A DNA stretch of 64,000 nucleotides from Amoebidium appalachense (GCA_963693365.1 CAVNZM010000004.1:12242468-12306467), one strand, 5' to 3'. Positions 1 to 41,620 are shown, counted from the first letter of the stretch. Translations and numbers: made by a program. Notes: generated from the sequence alone by a model not told the origin.

Positions 1-28032
<28,032 letters not shown>

Positions 28033-28672
28033 CCTGACGTTCACACCATGTAAGCACGAGCCGTGCAAGACTCTAAGGAGTGCCTTGCGCGCAGGAGCAG
28101 CCCTACGTGCAGCTCAGTAATAAAGCATAGCTCTCAGTGCTCTCAGTGAGGTGTTGGCAACTATAGCTAAGAAAAAGCTTCGGAGGTGGAACTTCAGTGG
28201 GTCTGCTGCAATCACTTCCGAACATTCTGCAGCCTGAAATAAGCGGCTGTGTAAGTTTCAAAGTTTAGATTTGCACCGATCATGAACGAGCCACTGCAAA
28301 TACAGAGATTCTGGCGAATGACATTAGAACACACCACAAGTCAGATGCTCTAGAGGTGCAATTTAGAACTATGTACAGTACGTCAACTATGTAAGTGTGT
28401 CCTAATGCTGGGCTGCTTGCCACGACACCAATATTTTATAGCACTTAACAGCACACAGCCCAACTTTGTATATGTTACTACGGCATTGATACTGTGAGGT
28501 TCACTTAGATGCAAAGGAAGGCTGCGTCCAGATCCCATCGCGAAATTCCGTGCGATTCATGTAGAATAGCCGCATTAGGAAGCTTTGAATGTTTTCCTTT
28601 TATGGTAGGCGCGCATTTTCGAGTGAAATTCCAGCTAATGGTTAGTTTTTTTTTTGTTTTTTCTTTTTGTGT

Positions 28673-28706
<34 letters not shown>

Positions 28707-28794
28707 ACGGTGTGTGAGTAAGCGCACACGTGAGTGTGAGTCACTATGTGATTAAATTTTTTATTTTATTTTTTATTTTTATTTTTTTTATTTT

Positions 28795-28838
<44 letters not shown>

Positions 28839-29496
28839 CTGGAGCCTCGGGGCAACATACAAAAAATAGTGACACCATCGTTACACACAGGAGAGGTTTC
28901 TTTTATTCTGTTTTCCTTTTTTTTGTCTCCCCAGTTGTAACTGTTTCATTGGTTGGTCCTCAACTATAGCTATACATAATGTTCATAATCACCAGCCCCA
29001 CCATGACACGTCGCAGTCAGCCCAAGTTGTCTACTTTCGTGCCTCTACATGTGCTTTACTGTGTTAAATTGACGGAGTCGTCCGCGCTTGCAGATATACG
29101 TACGTAAGATTGAACGAAAAACTATTCGTCTAGGCAGCCCATACACACGTTCATAAACTTAGTGTATCTGGTAATGATTCTGCATGCCCAAGTCTATAAT
29201 TCATGCCGCTTCGAGTATCATCGCTTCGAGTATCACATACAAACGAGTAGTCAGTGACTACGGCATTTCCTCATTCAACAAATATTAATCCGAACACTCC
29301 GAAAATAACAACAAGGTCGCACTAATATTAGCGTAGTACTATGTAATAACTGACATCAAACATCCAAGTCATAACGCACAAAACGACCACTATTCACTAG
29401 GCCAACCAGCTACATAAAAAGAAGGGGAAAAAAAAAGACGAAGAAAAAAGAAATAAGGCATGTGCCTACTTGCGTCTCAATCGAAACCGCTTCTCC

Positions 29497-30595
29497 TTAC
29501 TGGGCATATGCCTGGTGGAAGGACGACGGCCGCTTGTACGGTGCCTGGTACGGTTGGTACCTAACATCCCTCGCCTCCCTCCACTCAACCCTCCTAGGGT
29601 TGTCGCCGTCTGCATCCCACCCACCTTGTGCTGGTGGCTTATAACCATGGTGATCACCATACGGCGCCACATCGACACCATTAAATGGCCCGGGGCCTGG
29701 CCCGTACGGTCCACCGTTTCTGCTTTCCATTGGTCGTGTTTGATTGGCTGCATGCCACCGCTCCTCCGCATCACGATATACCCCATGAGGTGGGCGTACA
29801 TACTTTGGATCAACAACAGGGGCAGACTCCCTGCGTTGGTACGGCATATTTGCAGATTCGTGGTTGCTGCCATTCACAGACGGGTGGAGGCTTCGGATGG
29901 GCTCTCTGCTTGGCGATCGAGTAGGGGGTCCTAGGTGGGTTGTGCTGTTGCTGTTGCTGATACCACTGCTGTATGTGCTCTCATTAGGGGGCCAGCAGCC
30001 ATCAAAAGCGGTTTGTGGTGGGTGAGCACGAAATCCGTCCGGTAATCTCTCGGAAGATGGAACGGCATGACCCAACCCATGTGGGGAGGATGTGGGTGGG
30101 CCGCTGTACGGTGCGCGAAACTGTTTTGGAAATGAGGATCCAACAGTGTTGTCGGTATTGCCGGGGGGGTGGAACCATGGGGGTGGTTGAGAGTGACGGC
30201 GGGTGTCTTGCTCTGGTGCACTCTGTGATGGGTGTTGGAAGACGGGCCGAGCAGAGGGTGATATGTTCTTTTGCCGATTGAGGCCGTCGAGAGGTGATGA
30301 GTGACCCGAGTCACGTGCATCGGTGATGATGTTGGCAGGGACAGCCGGGTCGACCTACAGATCAGGAACTCGGTTAGTTCATCGTAGTGGCAAATAAACC
30401 TTTCGTAAAACGACTGGAAAGAATGTGCTCAATCATTATGTCGTCAGGAAGAAACACATTATGTAGCTTCCGTAAAGCTATGTAATGATGAAGCCATAGT
30501 CCACAGTGAACGTGGTGTGTGTATTTGTGGGGTGTATGTGTGATGGCGGTTTAGGTGGACAGTATTGGTGGTGATGTTGCTGGTGTTTTTTTTTT

Positions 30596-30647
<52 letters not shown>

Positions 30648-31917
30648 GGGAGGGAGGGAGACACGGACACGGACACGCACGCACACACACACACACAAAG
30701 CTACACAGACACCCACCATGTAGCATTCATAACAGAAAACGAAAAAAATCACCACACACTACTACCACCTCACTCTCATCCCAACCAAGACCAGGCTTGC
30801 ACGGAACCCCGAACTGGGTGCGGACACGCCCGCACACGAAAACACCAACACATGGACGGACAAACTTTATACACTCCAACAAAAGCCAATCTATCAGTTA
30901 AAACATTGTTAGTTTTTCTTGGCCACATGCAGCCTAGTAGCAGACACCCCACCTTATTTACAGGCTCTGCAGGGTGCACCTGCCCGGCCAGTGCAACCTG
31001 CATGATGCCGAGGGCCGTCCGCAGTGCCGCGGTTTCCTCCTCGATGGCCTGCCAGACATCTCGTAACCGCGCAACACCAAGCTGCCGTGCCTGGGTGATC
31101 ATGGGGAGGTGGAGGGGAAGGTGGAGAAGGGGAAGGGGAGAAGGGGAGGGGGAGGGGGAGGGGGGGTATTCGGGTTAGCTTTTGTGGATATCATCAAGTT
31201 GGATGTTCCACCTAAAATAAAAAAAACAATAGTGAAAAATCTTGCTCTCTGCCTCTGCTGCTTCCCCCAACTTTGGGGAGTGGACCGTAAAGGTATGGAT
31301 TAAAGAGATTAAATAAAGAGGAACAGAAGGAGAGAAGGTAAGGGGATGGACGTTGGAAATTAAGCCATGCTGGTGTCTGACATGTTACAACAACATTAAT
31401 GATTATGCTACAGCAAAATCAAAACATTGCGTGAACTTCCACACACCCTGATTACCCGTGCTCAATCAGGCCAAACTCGACCCACACACACAGCACCCAC
31501 CTTCACGGGTGTGACTGCAGTGCATGGCTCGGCCTCTTCAAGAATCTTCACATCCAGATCGTCCGTCTTTCTTGTGCGGAACACAAGGTGCTGCATGCCC
31601 CCAGCCCCGGTCTTGGGGCCCGCCTGCATGGTGGTCTGGGGGGTATGGTGAAGTCAATATCGGCCTCACATGGGGCGTGCAAAAACATACGCTGCTGCTT
31701 GGCTGGCCACCTTATCTGCCTAGTATGCTGGGCTGGGTGCGAAAAGAGAAAGGGCCGTGTGTGTGTGTGTGTGTGTACGCGCGTGCACACCCGGACGTGT
31801 ATCTGTACTTTGTGTGAAGGCTTTCGGTGTATGTATGTGTGTGTGTGTGTGTGTGTGTGTGCGTGCGGTTGCTTTCCGGGGGGGGAGGGGGGTGAGGGAG
31901 AGGGAGAGGGAGAGGGA

Positions 31918-31974
<57 letters not shown>

Positions 31975-32886
31975 TAGTACCTGGACCCATCCGTGCTGGC
32001 CGGTCCTCTTGTTCAATAGTCGATAGTACACGTGTTCGGTGCGCTCAGTGCTGACCAATGATGTGTGCGCTTGCACAACACGTGACAGGTCGTCCGGGTG
32101 CACATACATGTACATAGAAACACCTGGGGGAGAGAATGCGTCAGCTTGCCGTCCTGAACAAAACACAAATTTTCGCTCTTAGTGACACTTACAGACATCT
32201 GCCTACACTTTTTTTGTCAGCAAACACCCAAACTGACCACACATTCGCACATCGTCACTGGCAGGCTAACCTTTGTGATCCCGTGTGAAACCCAGACCCC
32301 CCCCCCCCCCCCCCCCCCGACACACACAACCCCATTTCCCCTGCGTCCGAACTGCTTGCACTCGCCAACACACCGGTTGACCCCAATTGGACAGTATGGT
32401 GGCACACGGCACAGGCACCTACCAACATACTCGGCAACATCAGTGGCAAACAGCTCCTTGATGTTTGGCGACACAGAGATGGTGAGGCCTGTGCACACAT
32501 TCAAACATTAACCTCTTGAAGATGGTCCGCCGAGTCATAAAAATACCAAAGCACTCGACCAGAAGAGGCAAGGGATACACAACCCAACACTGAAGTTTAT
32601 TATCGAACCCATGCAACCCGTCATTCCGCACGCACATCTTTCGCCGCCGCACATTTAATTGTCAACCGATCGAATATCCAGGGCTCACAATCATTATATT
32701 ACATGCCTATGTAGTACCATGTGCCGAACACTGTTTTTCAAAGTGGGCGGATGCAGAATGTGATGATGCATGTGTTCTGTGATACGCTGCCGGGGGGCCC
32801 CCTACGTTTTCTTAATTGTTTTGCTTTGTTTAGTTTTTTTTTTATTTTTATTTTTTTTTTATTTATTTAAAAAAAACCTTTGGGGG

Positions 32887-32920
<34 letters not shown>

Positions 32921-32950
32921 AAATATTGGAGGTTGGCGTGAGTGTGGGTA

Positions 32951-33006
<56 letters not shown>

Positions 33007-33346
33007 TGAGTGTGTGTATGCACGTGCGCACACGCAAGTGTGTGTGTAGTTGGAGGAGGGATAGATGTGTCACAGAGTACAAAAGACACATTTCCAGCGG
33101 ATAACACAATATTTTTATTTACTTATCATTTTATTTTATATGATTTTTTCCTTTTTCTTTTTTTTTTTTGGTGGGTAGGGGGAGGGGGGGGGGGGGGTTG
33201 TCAAAGAACGGGGACTGCCAGGCACGTTCGAGAACCTACCGCAAGATAGATGGTGGCTGACCATTTCTTCTCTGTATGGGTGTGGTTCATGGGTCGGAGC
33301 ATCAAGGAAAAACTTCATGGTTGCCTTCCTCAACGTCAGAGTCAGG

Positions 33347-33416
<70 letters not shown>

Positions 33417-33585
33417 ACGCGCATGACTGCGAGTATGCGACGGTGATGGTGTGCAAGTGAACACGCGAGCCCGGGAGGTTGATGTGTCAGTGCACATGTG
33501 CAATTCTGGATGTAAGTAAGACGACCGTGATTTTTTTGTTTCCTCTTCTTCTTTCTTCTTCTTCTTTTTCTTTCTTTCCTTTTTT

Positions 33586-33638
<53 letters not shown>

Positions 33639-33862
33639 GGGGGGGGGGGGATATATGCTGAAGACGGGGTGAAACAGGTGCAAAAACATGAACACAAAGG
33701 AGAAACAAACAAACGAACAGGTGAGTCTCAGATGCACTTGCACAGATTCTGAGACTCATCTCAGACGATTTTTCGTTTCTTTCTTCCTTCCTATTCTCTT
33801 TCTTTTTTCTTCTGTTTTTTCTTTCTTTCTTTCTTTGTTTTGATTTGTGTGTGTGTGCGTGT

Positions 33863-33908
<46 letters not shown>

Positions 33909-35252
33909 TGTTAGAGATAACACACCGTTTCATTCTCATATGTGAAGGGGCAGCTAGCAGCGTTGTACCAGGCCACCGTCTTGTTCCTGGCCACTAGGCG
34001 CAGGGCAAAGCGCCACGACTGCATGTGCACGGCAGCAGCGAGGGCACGGTGGTCCTCCATGTACACCAGGGCGGAAATGTTGCGGCCCATAAGGTGCTCG
34101 GGGCTATATTGCTGCATGGAAGGTGGGTTTGTGAGAAATAATAAGTGATGGTGGGGGCTAGAGGTTTGTCATGGTGATTAGGAAAGGTGTGAGTGATGTA
34201 TGGTTGGTCGCATGAAGGGTAGGATAAAAAAAAAAGGATGGTGGATGCAATGGCTGTTCAATGGAGTGCAAGTACCAACTATAAAGGTAGTACAACAACA
34301 CCGATAAGGGGAGCAACCATTGCTGACTCACAGCGTGCACACAAAATGCTTGCTCTACCTTCGCATATTCTAAGATAGACTTACCCCCCCCCCCCCCCCC
34401 CCCCCCTTCAGCGGTAATAAGTCCCATAAACACCCCACACCCGCATGCATGTTTTCAATCCATGTTTAATGTGATTTAAAACACCCACCAGCAGTGAGTC
34501 TGTTGATGAGGACACATGCACCATCATGCCGTCCGGATCGAGCACCATCATAATGTCCGGCGTATTTAGGGTTAACTGCTCCTCCCAGCTACTGGCTGTT
34601 AGAGCCCCTGTTCCAGCCTGCACGACCTTTTCACCTCCCCCATTTTCTTCAACTTTAAGCTCTGCGTGAGAGGGAAGTGAGTGGGGGATTCGGAAAAACC
34701 TTGTATTCTGAGACCGCAGAACTTGGTGCGAATATGTGCACGCAGTGAGTGTGTGTCTGTACACTATTGATGTGGATGGCAAAAAAAATCAACAGCGGGG
34801 GGGAGGGGGGGGGGGAGGGGGGGGGGGGTTTTTGAATGCGTCAAAAAGTACGAAGTACACAAGAACAAACGGATAACACGATGCAGAATGCAAGCCATAC
34901 ATAAAGAGTATGCATAATAAGCAGAGCCCATCCTCAGGGGGGGCCCACGTCATCCACAGTACCCGAGTTTCGACCTATTCCCCTCGTTAACGAAACCCAA
35001 CTCAGATACTGTTTCACTGGGGGGGGGGGAGTATCTGTGGGTGGCAAGCATGGAAGCCGAGCCATTGAAAACTCACAAAGATACAAACAAAAAGAAAGCG
35101 TAGTCGAAAACAATCCAACAAAGCCCATCATCAGAGAGTGCTCAGATGCCTCCACAAAAGAGCGAGTGGATTGACTCTTTAGCATCTCGTGAATGTTTTT
35201 TTTTTTTTTTTTGGTGGGGGGGGGGGGGGGGGGGGGAGGGAGGGAGGGAGGG

Positions 35253-35287
<35 letters not shown>

Positions 35288-36571
35288 GGTGGCATGAATA
35301 CTCCCTTATATATATGAAAAGAATAGCAGCAAAAAACGCGGCAGAGAGGGTCCAGCAACCATATCTAAAGGCCCAGCTTGTTGAGAAACGGAAGAGCGAG
35401 AGAAGAGAGAGAGAGAGAGAGACGCACCAGCATGGAGGTTTCTGAGGTACTCGACCGTGCAGGCCAACACGACAGAGGCCTTAGGCTTGCCCGTCCATGC
35501 CAGGCTGGGCACCAACTGCACAAGGTCTTCGATGCAATGTTTTGTGTTCAGGCGGCGGCGCTGGTCTACCACCTTGCGCTTGCTGTTTTTAGGTCGGAAA
35601 GGATCTCCATCACCACCGCTCCTACGTGCACAGTGTTAGCATGTGCCATGGAAACCGACGCGAATACGTGTGTGCGCATGCTTGCATGTGTGTGTGATCA
35701 TTGAATGACGGTGGTGGCCGTTGAAGGGGCGCCAGGGGGGGGGGGGGGGGGGGACTTCCTTAGCAGGGAAAGTACTGCCTTTCCTTCAGCCCACCTGATA
35801 ACTTTAACCAAACCATCTGCCCTCCTCTGCTCTGAACGCAACACCGAGTCTCAATAAAGTGCTTTCAAAATATGGGTTGTAGTCCCCGTGGTGTGTGAGA
35901 TCTGACCCGAAATTATATGATATAGTTGCAGCCATAATACTGTCGAATTCTAAACTAAATAATAGAAGCCCAACCCTTTTTCTTCACGGCTGCATAAACA
36001 GGTGAACTAGTCATAAACTACTACACTGCCACTGGCACCCCAAATGACCGAAATATTAGATCCTCGTTACTCCGGAACAACTGATTTTCCTCCCGTACTT
36101 GAACCTTCCAAGCGACTCCATGGGACAAATCGGAAACCCAGCGCAAATCTGATGTGCCCGACTTCCCCTGAGCTCACAAAGATACCCATAGGGCTTTGGA
36201 GCAGGGGACTGGGGCAAGGTGTGAGAGCTTTGAATTAGTACAGCCTGGGAGGGCTGGGGAGGAGGAGGGGACGGGCGGGAGGGGGGGCTCGGAGGGGGAG
36301 TATAGGAATTTCAAACTTTCACTCACTCTCTCTGCGGGTCATCATCACTACTCATAAATCCCTCAGACCCCAGCCGACCGCCAGGCCCACCGGTGGATTC
36401 ACTGCTTCCTTGGCCTGTGCCGGAGCTGTAGTGCTTCTCGCTTTTTTCCATGTTTCTCTTAAGGTCTTCCCTCCCTTCGCTGTGAGGTAGTGTCTTGAAG
36501 TGTGCTGTGTGAAAGGGGGGCTGCTCGGACCACTGTTGCTCGGTGAGTGTTTGTGAGGCAGCTGGAGGCAT
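29497..36571 (-). CDS. bHLH-PAS-PAS transcription factor, 10 exons, about 729 aa, with a Pro/Ser/Gln-rich C-terminal tail
   Basis: Exons 36571-36327, 35621-35428 (bHLH: KRKVVDQRRRLNTKHCIEDLVQLVP..KPKASVVLACTVEYLRNL), 34661-34489 and 34111-33926 (PAS-A: PDIMMVLDPDGMMVHVSSS..LLQYSPEHLMGRNISALVYMED), 33348-33240, 32488-32423, 32123-31981 (PAS-B: HHLSCGLTISVSPNIKELF..YVGVSMYMYVHPDDL..YYRLL..GWVQ), 31623-31501, 31090-30998 and 30354-29497 (stop). All intron phases are consistent; CDS is 2190 nt. Confidence 0.9.
34830..35018 (-). ncRNA. Structured intronic repeat, copy B (5'-truncated; essentially identical to 48336-48524)
   Basis: About 189 bp matching 48336-48524 by eye, in bHLH-PAS intron 2, flanked by G-runs on both sides. 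It contains GAGUU|GGG, GUCGAAAC and CCC-CUGAGGA on the minus strand. Confidence 0.7.
35115..35180 (-). repeat. Degenerate partial copy of the same structured repeat (copy-A subfamily)
   Basis: aagcccatcatcagagagtgctcagatgcctccacaaaagagcgagtggattgactc resembles 24431-24485 gagcccatcatcaggggggttcctatgcctccacaaaagcatgggtttcgactc. Confidence 0.65.
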
Positions 36572-38669
36572 ATTTTCTGACTTAGTGTACTACGTGTTGT
36601 GTGTGCATCGTGTTCTTTCCAAATTGAATGTCTGCCAGCCCTGTGACCAGACTGTCGTTGGCTCCGTCAGGTGCCACGGAGTATCTGGACTCCAACAGGC
36701 TGTGTGCCAGTGCAACGATTCGAAGCTTCGTAGCAAAATAGTTCTGAAGATTAGTTTATCATGTGTGTGTGTGTACAAACATTCCCACATAGGTCCGTGA
36801 AGCTGTTCCGCTTTGTGCTCCTAGGCTAAGCGCAGCAAGGCTTCGTTACTAAAAGGCCACGGACTGAGATAATCTTTTGGGTGGCTGTGCGACCGTCAGG
36901 CTGAAGTAAACCAAGGCTAACCAGAAGGCTATAGCTCTGCGCAGCCAGCATTTAGTATGACTTAGTGATAGCGCCGCAGCTATTTGTGGTTGGCCCACCA
37001 GTCTGTGCCTGTGAGTGGGCCACTGATGGAAGGGTGGTGGAACTCAGTAGTCTACAGTAATTACTTCAAGTTGAAAATTCAGGGCCCAGCTACTCAGTCT
37101 GTTCTAAGCCTTATGATGGGTTTATGGACTGAACCAAACAGTAGCACCACCGCATTAGTCACAGTGCTGTATACCGTGTCAGCCACTGCCTATGGCCCTT
37201 TATCCCCTCTTCTATCTCCCTACCACACGTACACTGTCAAAATGAAGAAGCAAGCGCGCTGCAGGCTGTTTTTTCTCTTGGGCACGCACCGACTGGCTGA
37301 TGAGTGATGACTTTGGTGGCACGGTGCAACTTGGGGAGCCCATGCACACAGTGCCTCGTGACACGACATCGAATCGTGCTACGTGCGCGGCACGTACTGA
37401 AAGCTGCAAGCGTGTTTTGTTGTTTACCAACGTAAGGGGGTTTTTATGACTTAAATAGTTCAATAATGGGGTTTCAATAAACGCTTTTGAGCTTTTACAA
37501 GGATGCAAATTTGATCAAAAGGGGGATCGTGTGCCGGACCGTGCACAGCACGCGTCGGCACGAGGCCAAGGGGATAGCAGAATAAACCAATCTGCATATA
37601 TCCTGGGCTGTGACAATATGTAACGTATCTCCCAGGGGTAAAATATTGTTATTCAGCTTAATAACTATTTTATTTGGTAGTTTGATTTTAAGGGGCTTGA
37701 AGTGATGATCATGATGGACCTGTCTGAGTTGGTTACAGTATGCATGCAGTCATCACACTGTGCATGCACCACACGTACTTGATAGTGTTCTCTGAAGACT
37801 CACACATATTTTCTTCGGGAATGGGGGTGCTTTTCATATCGGCAAATTCCGCAATCTTTGAAAACATAAATAGCCATACCTGTACTGTATCTTTATAATA
37901 TATAATTTTGTATTATAATTACGTTTATATATTTTTGGTGTGTATTGTTGTGTACCTGAATTTCTTCATAGCTTTCAAGAAAACATTCTTCGAAGACCTC
38001 GTAAACGTTCAACATACCACCGTATTTGCACATTGGAAAGTTTAATGTTGTAGACTGACTCTAGGATTTTGGAAACTAAATAGGTCGCATGTCATGTTTC
38101 ATTTTGTCAGCCAATTGCCTTTGAGACAGCCTGGACTTTTTCAGCAGATTTGATTGGCTTGCGTTTCGGAATGAGGGTGAAGGGGTCATGGCATCATGCT
38201 AAAACCTTATCAATCATATACAAAAAGAATAATTATGTGGCCGTCAGATAATCACGGATTCTCCAAAAAAAAATTAATGACGCTATTACATGGATTTCGA
38301 ACCCGGACACCCGCTGGCCCTGGCCGCATGTGGCGTGCCGCATCGTCCGACCACGCGTTTGTGATCACACACATGAGCCATGGAATTTTCGATTCCCTGC
38401 GGTACGTGGGCGAAGCGCATTTTGTCTGCCACTCGTTTTACACTGTATGTACAGTACATCATTCAAGGCTTTTATTTCACTTGGAAAAATGGGTTTTAAA
38501 ATTTCCATTTACAGTGTAGTTACAACATTAAGAAAAAACGCAGCTCATGGCTGGGCCAATCAAGGCGAAGCGATTGCTTTCTTGTTCGACTGACGTCATC
38601 GAGGTGCGAGCAAACTGTTTGAGGCCAACGTGTTCTCAGTACAGTAGTGCGACGTCAGACGGGCACGTG

Positions 38670-39190
38670 CCCCCCAAATGCGAGCGAACCGAGCCTACAT
38701 GTGAAAAAAATAGCAAACCTGCCCCCAAATGCGAGCGAAGCGAGCCTACATGTAAAAGAAATTAGCAAAATTGCCCCCCAAATGCGAGCGAAGCGAGCCT
38801 AAACGTAAAAAAATAGTCAGGATATCGATGAGACCCCCCAAATGCGAGCGAAGCGAGCCAGACGCATAACACTGGGCACCTGATGGGACTGCGGTTCGCG
38901 GCCCTGATCCTTCAAGGGCCCCGGAATGCAAGGGCCGCCCCTGTATTATAATCCCCCCCCCGCAAAATGCGAGCGAAGCGAGCTTACCGTAAAAAAATTG
39001 CGAACTTGCCCCCAAATTGCGAGCGAAGCGAGCCTACACGTAAAAAGATAGTCAGGATATCGATGCCCCCCAAAATGCGAGCGAAGCGAGCCAACATATG
39101 CATGTACATGTATAAAATAGCAAACGGCCTAGCCGCCCCCCCGGGCCGGGCCGGCTGCACGTGGCCCGATGCGAGCGAAGCGAGCCTAGC
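38670..39190. repeat. Array of about 8 copies of (aaat)gcgagcgaagcgagc with related 30-45-bp spacers; probable non-autonomous DNA-transposon subterminal repeats
   Basis: Core motif at approximately 38679, 38731, 38784, 38844, 38969, 39019, 39077 and 39171. Spacers are homologous to each other (ctacatgtaaaa..atagcaaa..gccccc; tagtcaggatatcgatg). GC-rich, TIR-like gggccgccctg at ~38933-38943. Confidence 0.75.
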
Positions 39191-40257
39191 AAGACTGTCG
39201 TGGCAACAAACAGTGTGTATATGAACTACTCTAACTATCTGCACGCTTAAAGGGGCTCGAAACCGTGTATACGTATAAACTTTTCTTTGAGTTGGGTGGG
39301 AAGCGAGTTTTTTGTGTTCTGAGAAGAACTTCCAAAAGCCCGCGACCCCGCGAGACACTTCACAGACACGCGGCCCACTGGCCAGACAAATACCACAGTG
39401 ACATTCAGCCAATCACAACACTCCCTCCCCCACAGACTACACGCACTCCACACCATTGGCTACCGCGACCTCAGACACCCCTACAGCACTACAACACGTA
39501 CACACGTTTACTCACAATACATATAAGCATACACACACGCGAGCAGGCAACATGGGTCTCGCCACGCACACAGCAAGAAGCAATACAACATTTAACATGG
39601 AGAGTACGCAGAGGCATGGGGCATGCACGCGCGCACCAAACAATCAGCCGCCGCTGCATCAGATTCTCCCCATACCACTGATTAATCTCCTCATACCCCA
39701 TTTAGACCCCGGCATCACTATGCAAGAAAACCCCCGAAATTAACTCACCAAAACACAAAATATAGAAGTAAACTAATACGAATCAGCTCAGCACATGACA
39801 AAGACCACCTGTTAGCTAATGTAGTAGAACCGGAGGTTATTGGCGGTTTTATTCTCTTTTCTTCCTCTCTTCCTCAATATATCCGTTTTAAGATGACTAT
39901 CCTAGATCACCTTATTAATGCTGCACAGTATGATATTGTGATCCGGTGCCTTAACTTTCTTTCGGAGCTACCGATGCTAGCCTCTGCTTACCCATAATAT
40001 GTAATAGGGGTGTCAGATACTACGATGGCGCTCATTGTTGCCTAGCATGTACTGTAATGTACATGGGGTTTACGCTGTTTACTCGAGGCAAAGAGAACCA
40101 GTCTCAGGTATGGGGGGGGGTTTTGCTCGGAATATCCCCTCAGCGGTATATCATGATCACGTACATAGATGTCGGGTGGTGACTATATATCAGGGTTTAC
40201 TTTCTCTACGAGACACCATAAAGACTACAAGGAGAAATCAATTAGTTGGGGTTCCCC

Positions 40258-40258
<1 letters not shown>

Positions 40259-40312
<54 letters not shown>

Positions 40313-40344
40313 GGGCTCCCCTCGGGACACTCGGTATCAGCTGG

Positions 40345-40413
<69 letters not shown>

Positions 40414-41620
40414 TGCGCTATAATTTTGTAGTGATGTGTTTCTCAAGCCAATCAATACATCTAATAAACAGGTCGTAGTTACGCGTGTTTAGTATAAAAT
40501 CAAGGATGTTGTAATTTACAGGTAGGCTATCTTTCTGGGTGTCTGTTGTGAATGTGACGTGTGTGTGTTGCGGTATTATGTGGTCTATCAAACTACATTT
40601 GGCGATACATGACCGGTTAAACTGGTGTGTGTGTGTGTTGTTTGGGCATGCAAATGATGCCACCTTATACTTATTAGATCTCCACTGTATAGCACGTGTA
40701 CAGTAAAAGCGTGGTAATTGATCAATAATACCATCAGCTAGAGAAAGACCAGTTCTACAGGAAGGTAATATGTATTTAGGTGTTATACACTTGCGAGTGC
40801 CATATTTGGCAATATGGTTGAGGCGGTCAGTATATATAAAACGAGACATAAGGCTTAGTTTTTCAAGGTGTATGCTTTCATCGGGTCTAGTGTCGTGTGG
40901 CATCTTTTTCCATTTGTTATATTGCGTGGTTATCTTGTGATTGTGTACATGTTTAATAAGTAAGTGGCAGTCCAAAGTCACACACACACTATTGCGGGGT
41001 TTATTTGTATTTGTGCCCAGGGGAGAAGGGGAGAGAGAGGGGAGGAAAGAGGGGAGAGGTGAGGAGGGGACAGGTCGGATAGAGAAGAGAGGGTGGGAGG
41101 GCAAATACTTCTTTAAGCGGCTTATGTGCTTATTGAATTTCAGCGCGAGATAGGATACTCTAGCAGCTATTGGGACCAGACCATATATCGAGAGCGTTAC
41201 AGGCCCAGGTTTACAACAGTTGTTAGATAGAAAGGAGGCAACTTCTGCTTCAAGGAAATTTGCCAAGGGTTTAAGCGCTCTAGTTCTCTCTTTCTTGATC
41301 CAAGCGGCGAGAAGGGGTAAACCATATTCACATGCCGGGAAGACAAAAGTGCGAATAAATGTAAGTCTAATAGAAGGATGGAGGGGTGTGTCTTTAAAAA
41401 TATTAGCCGAGAAGAAAGCTAACCGCTTACGAGCCAACTCTACCCTCTTTTCGACCATATGGGGAAACATAACACCAACAGAATCAACCGGAACACCAAG
41501 ATATTTGTATTCTGGAACTATAGGTACAGGTTTAGATGATAATGTAAATGTGTGTAAATTGTTAGCTATATTATGTCACTGGCTGCATTTGATTGGCTGT
41601 GCTGGAAAACGCAATAGGTC
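40259..41620 (-). mobile_element. 5'-truncated non-LTR retrotransposon (LINE) with RT C-terminus, 3' UTR and poly(A) tail
   Basis: ORF 40418..41470 extends upstream in frame through PIVPEYKYLGVPV (RT subdomain 7), then IRLTFIRTFVFPACEYGLPL (typical post-RT thumb motif) and a C-terminal Cys/His cluster CPNNTHTHQFNRSCIAKC. An in-frame stop lies near 41578. After the stop at 40418 come (CA)n, a short hairpin-prone UTR and an A51 tail (T-run 40259-40309). Confidence 0.85.

Noticed and set aside
29470-29934. 154-aa plus-strand ORF and other overlapping ORFs
   Set aside because: Shadow frames of the GC-rich last exon of the bHLH-PAS gene.
36984-38765. Short plus- and minus-strand ORFs (72-107 aa) in the intergenic region
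   Set aside because: No recognisable motifs or splice-consistent continuation; likely non-coding or decayed TE sequence.
38670-39190. CRISPR-like repeat-spacer appearance
   Set aside because: Spacers are homologous to one another, repeats are only about 15-20 bp, there are no cas genes, and the context is eukaryotic.
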